A DNA stretch of 64,000 nt, from positions 3,840,001 to 3,904,000 of the forward strand of contig CP181291.1 in NCBI GenBank assembly GCA_052279835.1, in the 5' to 3' direction. Below are positions 31,168 through 39,416 of this stretch, in pieces (positions within the stretch are counted from its first letter, which is position 1; the number at the start of each line of letters is the position of its first letter). The notes below the pieces were generated by a model. The model was not told the origin of the DNA. It did no database searches and was given only the letters and a program-made list of their open reading frames with translations. Source of the stretch: Microcoleus sp. Lineage in GTDB: Bacteria > Cyanobacteriota > Cyanobacteriia > Cyanobacteriales > Microcoleaceae. Both the position numbers and the translations under genes were made by a program.

Positions 31168-33258
31168 TCAGGTGGAAAAACGCCAAATCTTAATAGTTCT
31201 ATCTCGGCTACCACTTACGAGAGTTTGTCCGTCAGGACTAAAGGCCAGACAATAAACAGTGTCTGAATGTCCTAGAGTGTGAATCGGTTCTCCGGTAAAT
31301 AAATCCCAAATTCTAATAGTGCGATCGGCACTACCGCTGGCGAGATATTTGCCATCAGGACTAAAGGCAATAGCGTGAACATCATCCGTATGTCCTGTCA
31401 AGTTGCTTTTGATTTCTCCACTGCTTAAACGCCACAGTTTAATCGGTTGCTTCGCCCCGCCGCTGGCGAGAGTTTGTCCGTCGGGACTGAAGGAAACAGT
31501 ATAAACGATGTTGTCGCTAAAAAAAGAACGAGTCCAACCAATAGGGCCGTCCCCAGGGCCGTTTAAATTGCGGATTTCTCTGCCTGTGTGAAGATTCCAA
31601 AGCTTGATATTGCTGTCGAAACTTCCACTAGCCATTATATTGCCGTCGGGAGCGATCGCAACGTCATGAACTGCCCAAACATGACCTCTGAGAGTGTGTC
31701 GCAATTCCCCGGTTTCGAGGTTCCAAACTTTCACGGTACTGTCAGCGTGGTGTCCGCTGACTAAAGTTTTGCCATTAGGAGTTAGGGCGATCGACCATAC
31801 AGAAAGAACCACCCAATCATCGCCTTTGAGAGTGCGTTTTAGTTGCCAGGTTGGAGTATCCCACAATTTAATAGTGCCGTCAGGATTGGCGCTGCTGCTA
31901 GCAAGAGTTTTCCCATCGCTGCTGAAAGTAACGCAAGTCACGCCGCCAGAATGTTCGGTGAGATTTTCGAGAAGTTCTCCTGTTGTCAAATTCCATACTT
32001 TAATCGTTTGGTCCAGACTGCAACTAGCGAAAATTTGACCGTCTGGGTGAATCGCGACTGATTTAATAATGTCTGAATGATCTGTGAGAGTATGTTCGGT
32101 TTTCCAAGTTTTTTTAAGTTCCCGAAATGACCATGGTAATTTTGCTTCTGTTTTACTGAGAAAACCTTGCCAAGTCGGAGGTTCTACAGCGGGATTTTGG
32201 CAAATTATGGGCAACCAAGTCGCCCCCGGAAATTCCTTGTCTAGACCTTCTGTCTCCAAACGTTCCCGTGCTTTCCGTGCTGCTAAATATAAAGGTTCTC
32301 CACTTGAGTACGCCGTCAGAAAATATTTCAAAAACTCTTGAGCAATCCGATCGGGTACAGGTTCCCGCATCACAATAACTAGCGGAATGTGCAAATCAGC
32401 TAAATTTTCTGCTAACTTCAAACCATCACAGGAATTAAAAATAGCCAACTGCAAGCCGTTTTCTATAGCGCAGCGCAAACCGTGCTTCAAATCTAGCAGG
32501 GTGAGTGTTTCATCGGAATTGATAGCAAGATTGCCACTGTTATTATCACTCCAACTGTGACCAGCAAAAAATAATATATCCCAGTTTTGCTCCCAAAGGC
32601 TATCGCTTAATTGTTTCCGTCGAGGTTCGGGAAGAAAAAGTGGTTCTGTATTAGGTAAACTTTTGAGAAACTTCTGATCGACTTGAACATCAATTCCTTG
32701 GCTACAACCCAAAATAGATAATATTTTTATGTTAAACTTTCCTCTTGACGCTGTAAGATTTCTGGGAATTTCTGTATTTTCAGGGGGGCTGAGGACAATT
32801 TCAGAATTGGTGTATGTATCCGCAAATAAATCCCATTCCTGCCAAGGAATTTTTTTCAGTAACTCATCTTTGGTTTGAATGAATACCCTAATTTCGTCTT
32901 TTTTATCTAATTCTCCTATAAGTCTTTCCCTGATTTTTTGAAACTCGCTATCATCAGACTTTCTCAACCACTCTTTAATGCTTTCTCTTAATTTTTGAGA
33001 TGATTGGCTACAATCTTCGGGAACCTTGCCAACATCGTTGATAGTTTCTCCCTTCCTGGCTCGAAAACACCAGTCCATGCGTAAATATTTTTTCTGCCAA
33101 CTTTGATATATTTCAGGAATCTTTGGTGCTGCGGGAAATCTGCCATCAGCTTCTAAAAAAGCAGAATTTCCTGCTTGGTAAATTCGCAAGTTAACTTTAA
33201 ACCCTTGGTCAAAATTGCCATTATTAATTTTTAAGAAAACCAACTTTACACCTGACAT
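31168..33258 (-). CDS. CHAT (caspase-like) protease domain plus 7-bladed WD40 protein, no TM segment
   Basis: IPWQEWDLF, LFFAGHS (His) and IFNSCDG (Cys) dyad, VMREPVPD; seven GH...WD/WN repeats. Confidence 0.9.
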   Translation of the reverse strand: MSGVKLVFLKINNGNFDQGFKVNLRIYQAGNSAFLEADGRFPAAPKIPEIYQSWQKKYLRMDWCFRARKGETINDVGKVPEDCSQSSQKLRESIKEWLRKSDDSEFQKIRERLIGELDKKDEIRVFIQTKDELLKKIPWQEWDLFADTYTNSEIVLSPPENTEIPRNLTASRGKFNIKILSILGCSQGIDVQVDQKFLKSLPNTEPLFLPEPRRKQLSDSLWEQNWDILFFAGHSWSDNNSGNLAINSDETLTLLDLKHGLRCAIENGLQLAIFNSCDGLKLAENLADLHIPLVIVMREPVPDRIAQEFLKYFLTAYSSGEPLYLAARKARERLETEGLDKEFPGATWLPIICQNPAVEPPTWQGFLSKTEAKLPWSFRELKKTWKTEHTLTDHSDIIKSVAIHPDGQIFASCSLDQTIKVWNLTTGELLENLTEHSGGVTCVTFSSDGKTLASSSANPDGTIKLWDTPTWQLKRTLKGDDWVVLSVWSIALTPNGKTLVSGHHADSTVKVWNLETGELRHTLRGHVWAVHDVAIAPDGNIMASGSFDSNIKLWNLHTGREIRNLNGPGDGPIGWTRSFFSDNIVYTVSFSPDGQTLASGGAKQPIKLWRLSSGEIKSNLTGHTDDVHAIAFSPDGKYLASGSADRTIRIWDLFTGEPIHTLGHSDTVYCLAFSPDGQTLVSGSRDRTIKIWRFST

Positions 33259-33267
33259 TTTTATCGC

Positions 33268-33894
33268 CTACCTTGTTGGGAATAAAAGAAAATTTTCTAT
33301 TTGCTTGAAATCACCCAAAGAAACTTCTATCCGAAATGCTTCTCCTGGTAAAAAGAATAATTCTTGTATCATTCCCTCACTTTGTAATGGTGCTTGAAGT
33401 TCTACTAAAGTTTCTTCTGATTCATACACATCCAGCTTAAGGTTTTCTGGCAGATAAGTTTGACTGCCAATAGGATAGACTCCTAATATTGTGCTGATTT
33501 CTGGGTTTTCGGCTGGTGCTATATCGAGAATTAAAGCTACTGTACGATCGCCTAATTGAATTGATTTAGCTCGTTTTACAGCTTGCGATCGAAAAGCTGG
33601 ATTCCGTATGCTCTTACCAAAAACTTCTTCTAATGTCAGCCATGCTTCCTGAATAGCTTCAACAAAATTATTCTGGAACCATTGGCTCAAATTTATGACT
33701 TTTGGCTGTGCTACCAGTTGAGATTCTACAATGGCTCCTACATCCAGCACTTCTATCCCCAGTAAATCACTCAGTTCCCCTGCTTCAAAGAGGCTCATCA
33801 TCCGGTAAAAATCTTCCTGAGAGCCTTTGAAAACAAACAAAGTGCTGCTACTCATTTCTTCTTGTTGCTGATTTTTATCAATTTCATTATTCAT
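33268..33894 (-). CDS. DUF1822-like protein (C-terminal portion)
   Basis: VINLSQWFQN...WLTLEEVF...VKRAKSIQLG...YLPENLKL...PGEAFRIEVSLG...ENF pattern. Confidence 0.8.
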   Translation of the reverse strand: MNNEIDKNQQQEEMSSSTLFVFKGSQEDFYRMMSLFEAGELSDLLGIEVLDVGAIVESQLVAQPKVINLSQWFQNNFVEAIQEAWLTLEEVFGKSIRNPAFRSQAVKRAKSIQLGDRTVALILDIAPAENPEISTILGVYPIGSQTYLPENLKLDVYESEETLVELQAPLQSEGMIQELFFLPGEAFRIEVSLGDFKQIENFLLFPTR

Positions 33895-34417
33895 TTCTTA
33901 GCATCTCTATAATTTCTATTTCAATTCCAATGGTTTTCAATTGATTTTGCATTTCAATGTCAGATATTTTATTACCTTTGACTCTGGCAATGAACATAAA
34001 CCTTTGCATTTCTACTTGAGGTGATTGCTGATTTTTTTTACATCCTGTATCGCGCATAAATGAGACAACTTTAGGCCAAGGTGGCAAGCGTTTTTCTTCA
34101 TCTATGCTCATCATTTCTTTAAGATAAAGGTGTACTGTTTTTGACATATCTGCACTCAGATTTTCACCCTTTTTACTGATTTCTGGATCTTGGGTCTTGA
34201 GTTCTTCTATTGTCGGGGTTTTATATTTAACCATTCTAAAAGTTTTTTCATACCTTGACAACAAACATAAACACAAACATAAATAGGAAATTTCCCTAGA
34301 AGAAAGTTGGCTTTTTTTTACGGATTTTAGTCTATTTAAAATACAGTTAATATCGAGATTCTCTCTCTGTTCTGCTTCCTGACATTCCAGGCAAGGGGGA
34401 TTTGATATGTTGGTCAT
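33887..34417 (-). CDS. Hypothetical protein with cyanobacterial N-terminal HTH-like domain; may be the 5' half of the DUF1822 gene
   Basis: LNRLKSVKKSQLSSREISYL...DMSKTVHLYLKEM...W..VVSFMRDTGCKK; 8-bp overlap with the next ORF. Confidence 0.65.
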   Translation of the reverse strand: MTNISNPPCLECQEAEQRENLDINCILNRLKSVKKSQLSSREISYLCLCLCLLSRYEKTFRMVKYKTPTIEELKTQDPEISKKGENLSADMSKTVHLYLKEMMSIDEEKRLPPWPKVVSFMRDTGCKKNQQSPQVEMQRFMFIARVKGNKISDIEMQNQLKTIGIEIEIIEMLRNE

Positions 34418-34628
34418 CTTAGCAAAGCTCTTTAAGGTTGAGTAACAGACTTCACGTACAGCAGTCTATTAGGAGAGGTATTTTTAACCTTTCCAACTTA
34501 ATTCCCCAACTTGTTTTCCATTGTTGGGTTCCATGTTGGAATCAGACATTTATAGAGTGGGTATGTAGACAGCAGTTAGGCCTAACTCAGTTGTCCTTTG
34601 TTCAAAAAATTGACTTGGAGACAAGAGT

Positions 34629-34811
34629 ATGAATTGCAAAGTCTTGATTTCACCCCTCCTCATCTGCTCGATCGCATTCGCCAACATAAGTCTGGTACTA
34701 GCGGCAGTTTCAGGTGCTTCCATCGCCCGCATCGCCTTTGGGTCAGCCACCAATCACATGATACCCCAAATATGTATAGATGAATATGGCAACCTCTACA
34801 AATGTCCTTGA
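34629..34811 (+). CDS. Small probably secreted peptide precursor (60 aa) with C-terminal C-x9-C-P
   Basis: GGAG 8 nt before the ATG; MNCK followed by a long hydrophobic stretch; tail MIPQICIDEYGNLYKCP. Confidence 0.6.
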   Translation: MNCKVLISPLLICSIAFANISLVLAAVSGASIARIAFGSATNHMIPQICIDEYGNLYKCP

Positions 34812-34946
34812 TTAATTACTCTGGGACTCATGGGGTATCAGAAACCGGGTTTTCCTAAGAAAATCTACAGTTTGCAGCCCGCAAATTTAATCAAAAACCC
34901 GGTTTCTTTAGTCAGAGTGCGATCGCGCTGCGATCGCACTTTATCT

Positions 34947-35864
34947 TTAATTACAACCATTTATTTGCTTCAGACGCTGACGAGCCTTACCAATGTAAAA
35001 ATCTTCATCGGGTCGATCGCACTTAGCATATTCCAGGCATTTTTTCCAAGCAGTCGCAACTTCTGCATGGTTCCCCAGATTTTCATACACTTCCGCCATA
35101 ATGCCATAAGTTAAACCCCGATCGCTCTCTAGTTTCATAGCCTGTTGCAAATTGTCCAAAGCTTCTTCATAGCATCCTTGTTCCTTCCAAGCCCAAGCCA
35201 GGTAGGTTAACAACCCTGCTTTGACTATTTTGTCATGCTTAACTTTCTCCGTTTCCACCAGTTTTAAACCTAGCCCAATTTTTTCAACAGATTTCCGCAA
35301 ATCTTTATATTCAATGATATACAAGCGGCCCAACTTGCAGTAAGCCGCAGCAAATCCTAGGAATGCAGCCTGCTGATATAGTTGCATAGCGCGATCGACT
35401 ATTCCCGCTTCTTCATACATCAATGCCTGATTGTAGTAAGTTGCTGCATTATCTGGATTAATTTTAATTGCTAGATCGAAGTGTTTTCTCGCTTCAATTA
35501 ATTGCCCAGCTTCTTTTAATTTAAACCCTCGATTGTTAGCATCCCTCGCCTCTCCAATAAAAGTCACTTCTATTGGTGGGACCACAGGCTGCGAGCGCTT
35601 TTTGATTGCTGCTTCCATCGCCAGCCTGAATCTTTTTTTAGTAACTTTTTTTCCTTCCCCAATCACCTCAGATACTAGAGCCCACAAACCTTGTGCTAGC
35701 CTTCTCTCGATATAGCTAGGTTTGTAGCCATAAATGTTCATATCTGCATAATCTACCTCCAGCCAGCTTAGTCGAATTATCTCTTTTTCCGCCCAATCCA
35801 GCGATCGGCCCTTCTTTTCCAAAACCCAGGAATCCAAAACCTTCAACATTTCTGCCACTTCCAT
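34947..35864 (-). CDS. N-terminal HTH-like domain plus TPR/Sel1-repeat protein
   Basis: LDSWVLEKKGRSLDWAEKEII..SW...Y..SYIE..LAQGLWALVSEVIG..VTKKRF domain, then about 5 TPR-like repeats. Confidence 0.8.
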   Translation of the reverse strand: MEVAEMLKVLDSWVLEKKGRSLDWAEKEIIRLSWLEVDYADMNIYGYKPSYIERRLAQGLWALVSEVIGEGKKVTKKRFRLAMEAAIKKRSQPVVPPIEVTFIGEARDANNRGFKLKEAGQLIEARKHFDLAIKINPDNAATYYNQALMYEEAGIVDRAMQLYQQAAFLGFAAAYCKLGRLYIIEYKDLRKSVEKIGLGLKLVETEKVKHDKIVKAGLLTYLAWAWKEQGCYEEALDNLQQAMKLESDRGLTYGIMAEVYENLGNHAEVATAWKKCLEYAKCDRPDEDFYIGKARQRLKQINGCN

Positions 35865-36149
35865 TGCTTTCCCCAGTTAATCTATTTTTTTTGTAATTAT
35901 AAGATGATTTTTGTGATTTTTGTGATTTCTTCATAAAAATTGTGAACTTTGTGTGTGAATTTTAGCCTTGTTTTGATGATGCCACTCCTGGAAAATGTGT
36001 AGAAGTAACAACTGTACCAAACAAGGTTTAGGCGATCTGTGCGAATTGTACCTAAAGCCCTTGAGTGAGTTTAATCATTTTTCATCTCTACCAACCTAAA
36101 CCAAAGTTTGTACGGTGTTACATCGGGTACATTTATTAAAAGGGTGATT

Positions 36150-36884
36150 ATGGAGCGCATAAATGAATTGAGGTTGAAACTGGAAAGATATTCCGATCGC
36201 AGTCCCCAAGACGAGCGGTTATGTCAGCTAATTTTAAATATCTGCTTGCTATCAGGGGATAATCCCCAGCGTCGAAAATTGGTCGATCGATTATTTCGGC
36301 AACTGCAAATCTCACCAAAATTGTCAAAAATTTCTCATCCCTATTATTATGAAGCCCAGAATAAAACTTGGCTATGGTTAAACAAGCACCTTCACGAGTT
36401 TAATCCCCAACATTCTCCGATTCAAGCCAGCCTCGTCACTTGGGTGAACGGTCATCTCAGGTATCGAATTAAAGATTTATATACTTCCCAAAATAGCAAA
36501 AATCTAAACACAGTTCCTTTAGAGGCTTTAGAAACCAGTGGATTTTACAACGGCTGTTTGGATGCTTTGGACTTGGAAATCGAACGGATTGAGAGAGAAG
36601 AAAAACAAGCTTTAGTACAGGATATAGCCCATTATTTCCAGGGAGATCCACAACAGGAACTTCGCAACTGTCATCCTCGCAACCGTCCCGACTGCAACTG
36701 CCAAATCATTGCTCAAAAATTACTTTTCGATGAATCGCCAGCCAAAATGGCAACCATCGCCCGCCAGTTGAATATCAATGAACAAACTATTCACTCTTTT
36801 TGGAGGCGTACAGGATTTTACAAAATCCAAAAAATAGCGGTAAAAATTGCTGAAAAATACCCGCAAGTTCTAGCTGAATTGTGA
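36150..36884 (+). CDS. Cyanobacterial sigma-70/ECF-like factor of the type found near DUF1822/CHAT genes
   Basis: YYEAQNKTWLWLNKHLHEFNP..SLVTWVNGHLRYRIKDL (region 2-like); DPQQELRNCH..RPDCN..MATIARQLNINEQTIHSFWRR (HTH). Confidence 0.7.
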   Translation: MERINELRLKLERYSDRSPQDERLCQLILNICLLSGDNPQRRKLVDRLFRQLQISPKLSKISHPYYYEAQNKTWLWLNKHLHEFNPQHSPIQASLVTWVNGHLRYRIKDLYTSQNSKNLNTVPLEALETSGFYNGCLDALDLEIERIEREEKQALVQDIAHYFQGDPQQELRNCHPRNRPDCNCQIIAQKLLFDESPAKMATIARQLNINEQTIHSFWRRTGFYKIQKIAVKIAEKYPQVLAEL

Positions 36885-36987
36885 TTGAATATAAATTTTA
36901 TTTTAAGTCGCACGCGAAACAAGCCTTTCATCCCACACTAACCTTCGATCGGTATAGTGTGGGGATTCCCGTCTGGCTAGCTAAACT

Positions 36988-37497
36988 ATGAAAAAAATCA
37001 TCATTGGCATTATGGGGCCCGGCGAAAGTGCCACCTCAACTGACTTAGAAAACGCCTATCAACTCGGACAACTCATCGCCCAAGCTGGGTGGATATTGCT
37101 GACTGGCGGCCGCAATGTCGGTGTCATGGAGGCGGCCAACCAAGGCGCAAAAGCTGCTAATGGTTTAACTATCGGTATCCTTCCGGGGAATGATACTCGT
37201 GGTATTTCTGAATCTGTAGATATTGCGATCGTCACTGATATGGGAAACGCCCGTAATAACATTAACATTCTGTCTTCCGATGTCATCATTGCCTGCGGTA
37301 TGGGTACGGGCACGGCTTCGGAAATAGCCCTCGCTCTCAAAGCTGACAAATCAGTTATCTTGTTAAATGACAGCGCTGAAAGTAAAGTTTTCTTTGAAAA
37401 ATTAACACCAGCTAAAATTTTTGTGGTAGAGAATGTTGTAGAGGCGATCGCCCAAACTGGTAAAATTCTAGCAAATTCCACAGGAAATTCAAGATGA
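36988..37497 (+). CDS. TIGR00725/LOG-like Rossmann-fold protein
   Basis: IIGIMGPG, LLTGGRNVGVMEAA, GNARNNINILSSD, GTGTASEIALAL. Confidence 0.88.
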   Translation: MKKIIIGIMGPGESATSTDLENAYQLGQLIAQAGWILLTGGRNVGVMEAANQGAKAANGLTIGILPGNDTRGISESVDIAIVTDMGNARNNINILSSDVIIACGMGTGTASEIALALKADKSVILLNDSAESKVFFEKLTPAKIFVVENVVEAIAQTGKILANSTGNSR

Positions 37498-38015
37498 GAC
37501 TCAGCAAAATCAACTTATGTGCGATCGGTGTTATCCTCACTTTCGGGATTTTAGTCACAGCCCAAGCAGAGGGAGGAATTGCACAGTTCAGTTTCCGCAA
37601 CAAATCCACTCAAAAGTTAGCACAAACCCCCCCACCTCCTCCCCCTTCCACATTACCAGTAATCCCACAGACAGCACCCCCTATTAGTAGCGAATCCCTG
37701 CCGGATCAAGTAGCTTTAGCAACCCATTTGCAGACCATTAGAGCCAGAATGTACGGTGCTTACTGGTGTCCTTATTGTCACAAACAACAAGAACTTTTTG
37801 GCAAAGAAGCATTGACTGCAATTACTTACATTGAGTGCGATCCCAGAGGAAAAGATGCTCAGCCAGATTTATGCAAAGCCGCCAATATCAAAGCTTATCC
37901 CACCTGGGAAATTGGGGGTAAATATTATACAGGAATGCAATCATTGGAAAAACTTGCTATCTTATCCGGGTATAAAGGTACTCGCAACTTTCAGCCCCAA
38001 GTTCCTACTCCTTAA
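37494..38015 (+). CDS. Exported thioredoxin-like protein (similar to the VKOR-associated Trx domain)
   Basis: Signal peptide; MYGAYWCPYCHKQQELFG, YIECDP, C..ANIKAYPTW. Confidence 0.88.
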   Translation: MRLSKINLCAIGVILTFGILVTAQAEGGIAQFSFRNKSTQKLAQTPPPPPPSTLPVIPQTAPPISSESLPDQVALATHLQTIRARMYGAYWCPYCHKQQELFGKEALTAITYIECDPRGKDAQPDLCKAANIKAYPTWEIGGKYYTGMQSLEKLAILSGYKGTRNFQPQVPTP

Positions 38016-38523
38016 AATATTTAACTGACAAGCTAAGTATTCTCAGCAACGGAGGACAAGGCATTGCCGTTTCCCTACAATTAATCGGGGTAGGGAAACG
38101 GCAATCCCGTGTCCTGATTATGGCTAATATTAATTGCGATGCTACTGGATTTAATATGGTTTCGGATTTTATTTTTTCCATCAACCGCAATTTTATCTAT
38201 GAATCTTAATAAAAAAATGATATGTAACTTATAATTACTAAAAAAGTTAGGGGAACACTTTCCGAATTAACCTGCTACAGTTGAATGGACTTGCCTTGTC
38301 TGCGATCGCATCTCTAACAAGTATTATGTGATTAGCGATCGCATGACCATGCCAGCCGCTCGACTCATTGCAAATTTGAATTATTCAGGATAAAATTTAG
38401 TGAGGGTGAAATCAACCGCGATATCAATCAAAAATCAATTCACCAATTTTAGTTGACTATAAAATATTCAGAAACTTGCAAGTCAAATAGTCCGATCGCC
38501 TTGAATAACGTAGGCATGGTAAA

Positions 38524-39411
38524 ATGAAACAAAATTTAGTGACACTAATTGTAAGTGCGATCGCGCTTCTTGGCCTGCCCAGTTGCACAACGACAAGCAG
38601 CACACCCCCCACTACCACAACGCCTACGACTGTGGCAGCATCAACCCAAACCTCGTCGCTCAAACTTGGGGGATCGAGCAGCACATTGGGTCTGATTAAG
38701 GTGGTGCAAACCAATTATGAAGCTAGCACAAAAAATGTCAAAATTACCCAGCTAGAACCGGGGCAGTCCGAAAATATCATTGATGGAATTAAACAGAGAA
38801 TAGTCGATATAGGTGCAATCTCGAAAACATTAAAGCCAGAAGAAAATGATGGCAGCATCGAGTCTCGCGAAATTGCCCATGATGCCCTTGTGGTTGCCAC
38901 TCATCCTAGTGTCACAGGGGTCAAAAACCTGACGACTGAAGATATCAAAGGCATTTATAGTGGTACGATCACCAACTGGAAGGAAGTTGGAGGCAACGAT
39001 GCTAAAATTGTGTTGCTCGATCGCCCAGAAGATGAATCTGCCAAACGACTCCTACGCAAACATTACTTAGGAACAGATTTGAAGAGTTCACCAGAAGCAG
39101 TAATATTGCGGAAAGAAACGGAATTGATCCAGACAATTCAAAGCACTCCTTATAGCATCGGTGCTTTTTCCCTTGCTCAGGCTATTTCCAATAAACTACC
39201 TGTCAACCGCCTCAGTCTCAACGGGGTTGAACCAACACTAGAAAATGTCAAAGCGGGGAAGTATCCGATGGTGCGGACAATTTCATTTGTCTGGCACAAA
39301 AATCCTTCCGAGGCTACCCAAGCGCTAATTCAATACATCTCTAGTCCCCCAGCAATCAACGCGATGGAGCAGTCTGGCTTTATTTCAGTGACGACTTCCG
39401 CCAAGAATTAA
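38524..39411 (+). CDS. PstS-like periplasmic binding lipoprotein
   Basis: Lipobox-like LGLPSC; IAHDALVVATHP, LTTEDIKGIYSGTITNWKEVGG, GKYPMVR. Confidence 0.85.
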   Translation: MKQNLVTLIVSAIALLGLPSCTTTSSTPPTTTTPTTVAASTQTSSLKLGGSSSTLGLIKVVQTNYEASTKNVKITQLEPGQSENIIDGIKQRIVDIGAISKTLKPEENDGSIESREIAHDALVVATHPSVTGVKNLTTEDIKGIYSGTITNWKEVGGNDAKIVLLDRPEDESAKRLLRKHYLGTDLKSSPEAVILRKETELIQTIQSTPYSIGAFSLAQAISNKLPVNRLSLNGVEPTLENVKAGKYPMVRTISFVWHKNPSEATQALIQYISSPPAINAMEQSGFISVTTSAKN

Positions 39412-39416
39412 GGGCT

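Noticed and set aside
31168..33258. CHAT protease as a CRISPR ancillary protein of the array
   Set aside because: About 11 kb away across housekeeping genes, with no CARF/SAVED domain or cas genes
34550..34753. Minus-strand 67-aa ORF
   Set aside because: TTG start directly after a stop and no RBS; overlaps the better supported + strand peptide gene
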